The notes under the pieces were generated by a model, which saw only the letters and a list, made by a program, of their open reading frames with translations, was not told the DNA's origin and made no database searches. Position numbers and translations under genes: made by a program. A DNA stretch of 21,361 nt from Octopus sinensis (Eukaryota). This document shows, piece after piece, positions 1 to 9,082 of the stretch. Location: the NCBI RefSeq assembly GCF_006345805.1, contig NW_021823754.1, positions 1-21,361 of the forward strand, in the 5' to 3' direction. Numbering within the stretch: the stretch's first letter is position 1; each line of letters begins with the position of its first letter.

Positions 1-78
1 TGTTAGGACAGGGTGCCCTTCCTGTCCAGTACATGAATATGTGTATGCATGTCTATCTATATATCTATCTATATATAT

Positions 79-628
79 ATCATCATCATCATCATCATCG
101 TTTAACGTCTGTTTTCCGTGCTAGCATGGGTTGGACGGTTTGACCGGGGTCTGGGAAGCCAGGAGGCTGCACCAGGCACCAGTCTGATCTGGCAGTGTTT
201 CTACAGCTGAATGCCCTTCCTAACGCCAACCACTCCATGAGTGTAGTGGGTGCTTTTTACGTACCACCAGCACAGGTGCCAGGGGAGTCTGGCACCGGCC
301 ATGATCGGTTGGTGCTTTTTACGTGCCACTGGCACAGAAGCCAGTCAAAGCGGCACTGGCATCGGCCACGTTCGGACGGTGCTTTTTACGTGCCACCGGC
401 ACAGAAGCCAGTCTACGTGGCGCTGGCATCGGTCACGTTCAGACGGTGCTTTTTACATGTCACCGGCGCAGAAGGCAGTCAAGGTGGCGCTGGCATCGGC
501 CACATTCGGATGGTGCTTTTTACATGCCACCGGCACAGGTATCACAACTACTATTTCCATTTGATATTTATTTTGATGTTCATGTACTTGACTCAATAGG
601 TCTCCTCAAGCATAGCAGGTTGTTCTGA
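79..628 (-). mobile_element. SINE-like retroposon with (GAT)n 3' tail (seen as (CAT)n at ~81-99) and an internal tandem-repeat domain
   Basis: (CAT)n followed by GTTTAACGTCTGTTTTCCGTGCTAGCATGGGTTGGACGG. Related inverted copies at 2231-2630 and 11622-11737 share the GGTGCTTTTTAC(G/A)TGCCACC motif. I recall it as an abundant octopus repeat with an RTE-like tail (not verified). The overlapping ORFs are repeat translations. Confidence 0.75.
249..540. repeat. Internal tandem repeat, ~4.5 units of 62-67 bp
   Basis: GGTGCTTTTTAC starts at 249, 311, 378, 445 and 512 (periods 62, 67, 67, 67). Confidence 0.9.
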
Positions 629-629
629 A

Positions 630-630
<1 letters not shown>

Positions 631-673
<43 letters not shown>
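631..673. repeat. (TA)n microsatellite on the left flank of the mariner
   Basis: Direct reading. Confidence 0.95.
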
Positions 674-677
<4 letters not shown>

Positions 678-1901
678 GTGGGTCACCCCATAAATAATGC
701 ATTTTCTTTATACTTCATTTATTTTTCAAAATTAAGATAAACAAAGTTCCTTTTCAATCTAAAATATACTGTCTTTCATTTTCTACAATGCTCTTCCATC
801 TATCTGGTAGACTTGCAAAGCCCCTCTTCCAAATTCACTTCTCCGTGATAAAAAATACTCCTGCAATACTGTTCTGACCTTGTCTAAAGAAGTCATATTT
901 TTTCCTTCAAAATGATTTTGAAAACTGCGGAATAAAATATAATCAGATGGCGAATATTCTGGGTGGGGCATCGTTTCCCACTCAAACTGCTCCAGCCTTC
1001 GGAACGTCATCCTTGTTGTATGTGTCTAAGCATTATCCTGATGGAAGGACACCTTTTCTCTTGAAATCAAACATGCTCATCTTCTAGTGCTGACTTAATC
1101 CACTCAAACTGCTCACAGTAGATCTCCTTTGTTATCATTTGGTTTGGGTTTAAAACTTCAAAGTGGACTAAACTTTTCATATCCTACCAAACAGATACCA
1201 ACACCTTACATGGGTGAAGACATTCTTTAGCCAGGATTGGCACTGTTTCTCCTTTCCCTACCCAATTTCTTCTGCACTTGACATTTTTATAGAGAACCCA
1301 TTTCTTCTCACCAGTCACTATTCAGTCCAAAACAGGTTCATTCATGAGACATGATAGCAAAGAACAAAGGTTCACTCTTTGTGCATGATTAGACTCAGTA
1401 AGTTTATGAGAACCCACTGACCCAATTAGCTGGCTTTTCCCATGGCACGCAGGTATTGATGAATGGTTGAATGACCAAATTCAAGCTTCTCAACAGTTAC
1501 AATGGGATTTTGTTCCAACAGGGTTGGCAGGACGTCCTCGTCAAGCTCTACAGATCTTCTAGAATGAGACTCATCTTCTAGGCTGTAGTTTCCAGCACAG
1601 AATCTCCGGAACCACTACTGACACTGGTTTACACTAACTGTCCAATCTCCATATACTGCATTACTATTCCTCACACTTTCCATTGTGTTCTTTCTTTTAT
1701 TGACCACATAAAGAAAAATATGCTGAATATACTTCTTTGTCATTTCCATTATGCTTTGAAAAAAATAATTGTTAAAATCGAACTGCACTCTTCAAAACTT
1801 ACACTAAAAATAAGTACAAGGTAAAAAATACTACCTGCTTTTATAGCAAGTTGATACAGCTAGACTTTAGTTCATGCAATTGAAAATACTGCATTATTGA
1901 C

Positions 1902-1905
<4 letters not shown>
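674..1905 (-). mobile_element. Tc1/mariner DNA transposon (mariner D,D34D type), full length ~1.23 kb, inactive
   Basis: Degenerate TIRs (TTGGGT..GTCA..ATAATGC at 674; GCATTATTGACCCAA ending at 1905), each flanked by TA. A transposase pseudogene lies inside. Confidence 0.9.
760..1749 (-). pseudogene. Mariner transposase pseudogene (stops and frameshifts)
   Basis: Minus-strand translation gives HIFLYVVNKRKN..WFRRFCAGNYSLEDE (HTH region), IVTGEKKWVLY, HPCKVLVSVW and MPHPEYSPSDYILFRSFQNHF (degenerate YSPDLAPSDY motif). Confidence 0.9.

Positions 1906-1946
<41 letters not shown>
1906..1946. repeat. (TA)n microsatellite on the right flank of the mariner
   Basis: Direct reading. Confidence 0.95.
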
Positions 1947-1951
<5 letters not shown>

Positions 1952-2025
1952 GGTGGTGAGCTGGCAGAAACATAAGTATGCCAGGTGAAATGCTTAGTGG
2001 TATTTCATCTTGCTTTACGTTCTGA
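1952..2025 (+). mobile_element. 5' head fragment of a tRNA-derived SINE, truncated
   Basis: GGTGGTGAGCTGGCAGAAAC..GAAATGCTTAGTGGTATTTC..TTACGTTCTGA resembles, from memory, a common octopus SINE head. It stops before the B box. Confidence 0.5.
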
Positions 2026-2230
2026 CCTTAAATAATACCCAAACTATTATATTTAATATATTTGATATATTTAATTTGCTTATCTGCCTAATTGCCTCAA
2101 TACCCACTCAACTTTCTTTACCTTGTGGAATAGACGTTAGGTTTGAATCTTTTGAGCTCTACTGTCATCTTTGTAGAGAATCTTTGGATTTCATCTGTGG
2201 ACTATATATATATATATATATATATATACA

Positions 2231-2630
2231 CGTAAATCATAGTCGTGGCCAATGCCAGTGCTGTCTGACTGGCACCCATTGTCGATGGCATGTAAAAAGC
2301 ACCATTTGAGCATTGGGCCTCATGGGGGTAGTGACAGGTGACCAAGACCTTTGGTGATAGACCATGCTTATGAAGACCTGTCAAGTCAAGTGAGGCTGGG
2401 GTCATGGCTGATGCTGGTACCAGCTTATTGGCACCCATGCCAATGGCACGGGAAAGACACCTACTACATGCTTGAAGTGGTTGGCATTAGGAAAAGCTTC
2501 CGGCCATAGAAACCTTGCCAAAGCAGATTGGAAACTGGTGCAGCCCCCGACTTAGCAGTTTCTAGACAAACTCTGCAGCCTGTGCCAGCATAGAAAGTAG
2601 ATGTTAACGATGTTGATGATGATAATGATG
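2231..2630 (+). mobile_element. Older copy of the (GAT)n-tailed SINE family
   Basis: Contains the reverse-complement motif GGCATGTAAAAAGCACC and GTGGTTGGCATTAGGAA..GGCCATAGAAAC, and ends in GATGTTGATGATGATAATGATG. Confidence 0.75.
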
Positions 2631-2645
2631 ATATATATATATAGG

Positions 2646-2790
2646 ATTAGGAAAAGCCTCTGGCCATAGAAACCTTGCCACATCAGGTTGGAAATGGTGC
2701 AAGCCCCTGATTTAGCAGTTTGCAGTCAAACACTGCAACCTGGTGTCAGCATAGAAAGCAGATGTTAGCGATGTTGATAATGATAATGAT
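2646..2790 (+). repeat. Second copy of the terminal ~145 bp of the preceding SINE
   Basis: ATTAGGAAAAGC..GGCCATAGAAACCTTGCCA..TTAGCAGTTT..GCATAGAAAG.AGATGTTA.CGATGTTGAT occurs at 2486 and 2646 (period 160). Confidence 0.85.
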
Positions 2791-3924
2791 TATATATATA
2801 TAATATATATATATATATATTATTAATATATATATATGATATATATAATATAAATTAGAGAAAAAAAAACACTATTCAATTCAAACAATGATAGACATAA
2901 ACAAAATCATAAATAATAAAAAATAAAATATATTTTTGTAAAACATAACTAGATCACACAAAAGTATAAAAATGAATAATCAATATAATAAAGTAAAAGA
3001 ATTACATACGTTTCATGATTATAATTAAATTCGATTACAATTAAATTTAAATTAATCGAAATCAATTCAATGATAATAGTTAAATAAATAAGTAAATAGA
3101 GTTTAAACAATATTTATTAAAAGAATAAAATAATGATTTTTCTTATAGAAGAAACTCCATTAACTAAATTTGAAACTTAGAGAATATTAGGATCAGTTGC
3201 CACAATACATTTATTTTGCTAAAATTAAGGTAAAAAAAAGAGTAAATAGATAGAAAAATGTATTTATCTGTGAAGATATAATTTAGCTTAATAAAAAACA
3301 TTAATAAACTATAGAATATCTTTAACATACTTATACTCTCATATTTAATTACCAAACTATTTTAGAAAACAATCACTCTTAATATTTTTAAATTTTTAGT
3401 TCACATATAATAATTATAAAATAATAAATATATAAAAATAAGTATCTAAATAATAATCAACAAATGTAGCAATTAAAAATCTATATTTTTCCTATCAATA
3501 AACACATAAACAATAAATATATTAGTCCACTATTACTTACATAAATATTATAGAAATCTTTCAAAAATATTTATGAAATAAAAATAAGAATTGAAAAATT
3601 CCAAAGTAAATACGTATAACTTATCTTATAAAATACATTACTATTATTATTAAATTTAATAGTACTAGAAATATAATAAGACTAGAAATGTAATAAGAAC
3701 TTTTGTTAAATTAAAATATTTTTACGATCTAGATCCCAAAGTGATAATATTTTAAAATTTACGTTCAAATATAATAATTATAAAATGATAATATTTAAAT
3801 AAATGTAAACATATTAAGTGATCATTAACAAATAAAAAAAATATAAATTCATATTTAACAATCAATAGTAATAGAGTACAATAATATTCTTAAATATATA
3901 TGTATTATGATAAGCATATATTAT

Positions 3925-3945
3925 GATATATATATATAATATTAT

Positions 3946-3977
<32 letters not shown>

Positions 3978-4055
3978 GATATATATATATATATATATAT
4001 ATTATACATATTATATATATTTATATATATATACACACACGTATATATATATATG
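3925..4055. repeat. (TA)n / (CA)n microsatellite
   Basis: Direct reading. Confidence 0.9.
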
Positions 4056-4275
4056 TGTGGGTAAAAGGATTTTCCATTCTTCCCAAGCATTAAAATCATG
4101 CACCTGCTTGTTGTTCCTATATCTGTCTACATTCTTGTTTTTCTGTAAATTTGAACTGTATATATATGTATATTTATTTTATTTTTTTAAATTTTTAAAA
4201 ATTTTATTTAGTTTCAGCTCACAAGCTGTGGCCATGCTAGGGCACTGCCATTTGGTGTTACTACATGATTTTACT

Positions 4276-7150
4276 TCACAAATGCTTTTTGGCAAATGCC
4301 ATCTGGTGCATGAGAGAATCCAATGCGGCTGCCCTCATCTGCACCTCCTGCCGTGAAGTTCGTTCATCTTGGACACCTGACAAGAAGGGATCCAGTTTCA
4401 TTTTAAAGACATCTGCATCCACCCCATGCAGGTCTCTTAGGTTCTTCGGGCGGAATTTGAAGAGCTGTGGGCCTCGGAAGCCCAGGCTATCACAGTATCT
4501 TGTCCTACATCTTGATGGCAAATTTGGAGTCCTTGGCACTATGCAGTGGCACCCAGTTCTGGCATTGTGTAAACTTCGATGCCAAAGTTTGGGACAAGTC
4601 CTTCTAGGATCTTCCAGATGTATATTATGGCATATCTTTTCTCGCCTATGCTCTAAGGAGAGTAGAGTCTCAATCTCTTGAGTCTTTCCCAATAGCTTAT
4701 ATGCTGCACAGAGGCCATCTCTTCGTGTAGCTTCGTTGGATCGCCTCAAGTTCTGTGATTACTTGACACATGGATGGTGACCATAGCTGAGAGCAATAGT
4801 CAAAGTGGCTTAGGACAAGTGTCCTCCAGAGGATCATCATGGTTTCCTGGTCTCTGTTCTAAAGTTCTAAGAATCCATCGGGTCAGCCGCCTACATTTCA
4901 TTGCCAATTTAGCAACATGCACATGAAAGGTTGCATCATCACTCATGTAAATACCCAGATTCGCACTGATTGTGCCTCTGGGATTGCAATCCCTCCAGGT
5001 CCAGTGTATTTATTGGGTATTGCACTTAGTTTTGCATGCTGATTGTATAAAGCTTGAAACTTTTCAGCATTGAACTGCATGCTATTCTTTTCAGCTCACT
5101 TGTATATTTTGTCCAGCTCACATTGCAGGTGCTTAGTGTCTTCAGGGTTCTGTATTGCCTGTGAAACTTTTGTATCATCTGCATAACTTGTGATCGTGGC
5201 TCTCTGCGTGGCTGAGGGCATGTCTGAGAGGGCCATTAGGAACAGTAGTGGTCCCAAAACAGTGCCTTGCGGAACACCGTTCACTATTTGCATGTTAATG
5301 GAAGTGGCCTCTTTGGCTACTACCACCTGACTTCTATCCTTCAGAAAGTCATGAAGCCATTCTCCCAATTTTCCAACTATGCCAAGATCACGCAGTTTGT
5401 GACAAATCATTCCATGATCGACTTCATCAAAGGCCTTTGCAAAGCCGAGATATATGACTCCCACATTTGAGTGGTTGAGCAGTCGTTTCAACACCCAGTC
5501 ATAGTGTTGTAGGAGCTGAGTTAAGCAGCTTCTGCCTGGTCAGAAACCATGTTGGGTGTCAGGCAGCAAGTCATTTTCTTCAAGGAAGGTGATTAGTTTC
5601 CTTCTGACTATTCGTTCCATGACCTTGATGATGTGTGAGTCAGAGAGATAGGTCTGTAGTTCTGGCCTCCACTCTGCTACCTCCTTTATGAATAGGGCAT
5701 ATTTTACCTTCCTCAGGTTTCTTGGAAGTTTGCCAGTTGCAAGGAAGCTTGAGAGAGGAACTGCAGTGGTCTTGCTAGGACTCTCTACATACTTTTAGAA
5801 GGATTGCTGGGAATCCATCGGGGCCAGTAGCTGAGTTTGTTTTCATTTCATCAATAGCCTTTATTACATCGTCTTCCTTTATATGATGTAATCAATCATC
5901 GCTGCCTCTGATTTTATATCTGCAGTGGTAAAGAAGTCAGTTGGATTGCTGACATGAAAATACCCTAGGGGTGGAGTGAAAATACTCTTGAATTGCTCAT
6001 TTAGTATTTCACTTACCCTCATTGGATTTCCTGTGAGTGGCCATCCTTTTCAAGGAGTGGCCATATCCTACAGTGCACTGTAGCTGTTTCTTTGGCATAC
6101 CTGTAGAAAGCTCTGGGGTTAGATTTTATGTTGTCAATAGCCCAGGCTTCTTTGTCTGCTCTTTCTTTCATGGGAGAGTGCAGACATTTTCAATTTCCAA
6201 CAGTTTTATTTTCAGGTGGGACTTTTCACCGCTTTCATTTGTTTGTTTAGGCGATTTGAAACTTTTGTACGCCGTCTCATTAGAATTTTCCTCTCTCTGG
6301 GATTTTGCTCTTGTGTACAGTGGCCTTCTCTCTGGGACACATTGTAGCATAGGGCTTGCATTACAGACATGAATTGTTGAAGTTTCATGTCGATGTCTGG
6401 TGAAGATAGACATTCAGGCCAGTTTTTGTTTGAGGATCTCTTTCTCAATTTGTTTGCAGTTTGCCTTATGGAAGTTCAAGCTGGAAGATTCTGAGAGTTT
6501 CTTGTAGGCTGCATGTCCATGCTTTCCTTTGGCCCGTACATGGTCAGCTCTACCATGTTGTGATCCGAGAGTAGTGTCGGCGTCACTTTCACATTATGGA
6601 TGAGATCCATTTTATTGGTGTGAAGCAGAGATCCAGTATGTTACCTGCCCTGGTTGGTTGGAGTATTACTTGCTCCATGTACAGAATGTTGATGAGGTTC
6701 AGGAGGGACCTCGCCTGTCCTCGTTCACATTGTGTCCTGCTGGGAGGAGAAAGGCCCTCGGGCCATCTGACATGGGTAGATTGAAGTCTCCCATAAGAAG
6801 TACACTTATGTGTTGTTCTAATGTGACTAGAACTTCTTCTATTTTATAAGGCAGTCTTCAAACTTGCTACATGGCTTGGAGCATCTGGAGGGCGATATGT
6901 AGCACATATAACTACACCAAGTTGCCTTATATGTACAATTAGTGTGTCACACACCGAATTTGAGTATGACAAAAGGACCTGGGGTGTGAGGTCCTCACGG
7001 ATGTACATAGCAACTCCTCCATGACTCTTTCTTTTCTGTCGGTCCGTAGTAAACATACTGTGGTATGTGTATTTCCGCATCTGCTATGTCCGGTTTCAGG
7101 TGTGTTTCGTAAGTGCTATGCATAAGGCTTGATTGCATGCAACAAGTCTC
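4276..7150 (-). pseudogene. ORF2 pseudogene (endonuclease / reverse transcriptase) of the first LINE
   Basis: Colinear EN, RT and C-terminal fragments across several frames. Confidence 0.88.
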
Positions 7151-7199
7151 TCAAGACGGGATTTTTGTCCTATTACTGAGTGTTAGCAGTCTCTGATGT

Positions 7200-7833
7200 T
7201 CAGTAGGAGCATCGAGGTGAGGTGTATACTGTTGCCGCGGTGTCCACCTTGGGTCTATTTGCTGTGGCGGTCTTGTGTATGTGGATAGTCCCATCTGCGA
7301 GTTTGAGTTTGATGGAGCTGGTTAGCTGCTGTACAATCTTTGTGTGCCATGCACAAAAAAGATTCTCGTTCAGCAGCTGCCCTTCAATAACATGTTGGCG
7401 GTTTTGTAGCATGCACACATCTGCGTACCTCCGTTTTGGGCAGGTGGTGCGTGGTCCATTCCTTCCCTTTGGTAGTTGGTTTCTGACCTGTTCGGTTATG
7501 TGGCAGGGTCTTTGATGTGCAAAATTGCAGCCTGCACCTTCCTCTCCATGCCAGCAGACACCTTTCAGGTGGAATTTACACATTCGTGTGCACTGTCTGT
7601 TTATCCTTTTGGTACATGGATATCAGGTTTGCTTCTATCCTTGGCTGTTTCATCTTTTGGTCTTGTTTGAGTTTTATTTTTTCCTTCTTTGGCTGTTTCA
7701 TCTTTGTTTTTCTTTTAGTTTTCCTCCTTTTTTTCTTTTTGGCTCTTTCATCTCCATGGTTTTGGCTTTGGCTTTGGTGCTGGTAGGAGCACTTGCACTT
7801 GGGTTTACTTCCGGGCAGGTTTCTCACCTGAGA
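7200..7833 (-). pseudogene. ORF1 remnant: K/E-rich segment followed by a C-x7-C-x8-C-x3-H zinc finger
   Basis: CKFHLKGVCWHGEEGAGCNFAH at 7515-7580. A duplicated 17-mer TTGGCTGTTTCATCTTT sits at 7641 and 7689 (48-nt period). Confidence 0.7.
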
Positions 7834-8076
7834 ATATATATATATATATATACATATATATATACATATATATATATACATATATATATATGCATATATA
7901 TATTTATTTATACATATATATAAATATATATATACATATACATATATATATACTATGTATACATATATATATTACATATATATATATATACATAATATAT
8001 ATATATATATACATATATACATATATATATATTACATACATATATACATATATACATATATATATACATATACATA

Positions 8077-8108
<32 letters not shown>

Positions 8109-8135
8109 CATACATTATATAATACATACTAATAT

Positions 8136-8168
<33 letters not shown>

Positions 8169-8228
8169 TTACATACATACACAATAATATATATATATAT
8201 ATAATATATATAGATATAATCTACATAA

Positions 8229-8263
<35 letters not shown>

Positions 8264-8311
8264 TATATATATTATATATATACATTACATACATACATAC
8301 ATACATACATA

Positions 8312-8360
<49 letters not shown>

Positions 8361-8362
8361 AT
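7834..8362. repeat. Compound microsatellite (TA)n/(TACA)n/(CA)n, ~530 bp
   Basis: Direct reading. Confidence 0.95.
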
Positions 8363-8498
8363 ATGTGTTACCGCTACTGTATATAACTCACTTTGATATT
8401 ATCATTGTTGATTTTCACTTTTTCAATATCAGCGACAGTGGACGCTGGAAAAAAAGATAAGTATTGTGAAGGAAATCTAATTCTCGGCGAACACTATG

Positions 8499-8552
8499 AT
8501 TGTCACCGCTGACGAGAGGTCAATACCTCGAAACTCGAGTCCGGTGTATAAT
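8499..8552 (+). ncRNA. Minimal type I hammerhead ribozyme, copy 1; predicted cleavage after C8541 (GUC)
   Basis: Stem I CACCG 8504-8508 / CGGTG 8542-8546; CTGACGA 8509-8515; stem II GAGGT-CAAT-ACCTC 8516-8529; GAAA 8530-8533; stem III AC-TCGA-GT; cleavage triplet GTC 8539-8541. Confidence 0.9.
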
Positions 8553-8848
8553 AAGTTGAAGACGGGAAGGATGACTTCCCTTTGCAAATACTGACAGGAC
8601 ACAGATAGTTGTCTATGGCCAGCAGGAGGAGTGTGTCCTCCTGGGGCTAAAACTACAGTAGCATCCACCCTTAGGGGTAGCCATATTGAAATGGCAAAAA
8701 AATACGTCACGATGTGTTACCGCTACTGTATATAACTCACTTTGATATTTATCATTGTTTGATTTCACTTTTTCAATATCAGCGACAGTGGACGCTTGAA
8801 AAAGTATAAGTATTTGTGAAGGAAATCTAATTCTCGGCGACAACTATG

Positions 8849-8900
8849 ATTGTCACACGCTGACGAGAGGTCAATACCTCGAAACTCGAGTCCTGTGTAT
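8849..8900 (+). ncRNA. Minimal type I hammerhead ribozyme, copy 2; predicted cleavage after C8892 (GUC)
   Basis: CTGACGA 8860-8866; stem II 8867-8880; GAAAC-TCGA-GTC 8881-8892. Stem I is CACA(C)G 8854-8859 / CTGTG 8893-8897 with one bulged C. The 34-nt core is identical to copy 1. Confidence 0.87.
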
Positions 8901-9082
8901 CAAAGTTGAAGACGGGAAGGATGGACTTCCCTTTGCAAATACTGACAGGACACAGATAGTGTGTCTATGCCAGCTGGAGGAGTGGTTCCTGGGGCTAAAA
9001 CTACAGTAGCATCCACCCTTGGGGTTAGCCATATTGAAATGGCAAAAATACGTCACTATATATATATATATACATATATACT

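Larger units (their letters stand above)
4170..7833 (-). mobile_element. Decayed, near full-length CR1-group LINE (ORF1 with CCCH finger; ORF2 with APE endonuclease + RT; A-rich tail)
   Basis: EN motifs GGVAMYIRE and ATYRPPD (6844-7080). RT motifs YLGFAKAFDEVDH, GVPQGTVLGPLLF and YADDTK (5096-5494). C-terminal CDSLGFRGPQLF..FKMKLD (4276-4749). Many stops and frameshifts. The 5' end runs into a microsatellite. The exact clade needs an RT phylogeny. Confidence 0.9.
8363..9056 (+). mobile_element. Tandem dimer of a ~350-bp hammerhead-containing unit (non-LTR retrozyme-like, or Penelope pLTR-derived non-autonomous element)
   Basis: Unit 1 spans 8363-8711 and unit 2 spans 8712-9056. Both start ATGTGTTACCGCTACTGTA and end AATACGTCAC. 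They are roughly 90-95% identical by eye, with mostly 1-nt indels. (TA)n flanks both sides. Confidence 0.85.

Noticed and set aside
6-27. Hairpin GGACAGG-gtgccctt-CCTGTCC
   Set aside because: An isolated 7-bp stem at the window edge with no context; expected by chance in 21 kb.
195-628. Three overlapping 100-134 aa ORFs
   Set aside because: They are translations of the SINE internal tandem repeat, with no protein-like signal.
2026-2203. Segment that looks like the end of another repeat, possibly a Penelope-type terminal repeat, joined to the SINE head at TTCTGA
   Set aside because: No hammerhead core on either strand and no second copy in the window, so it cannot be classified.
2860-3920. 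Ciliate-code (TAA/TAG=Gln) gene on the + strand
   Set aside because: TAA/TAG and TGA frequencies are about what the base composition predicts, and several TGA stops remain.
7517-8132. Hydrophobic and YI-repeat ORFs
   Set aside because: Antisense reading of the K/E-rich ORF1 and translations of the microsatellite.
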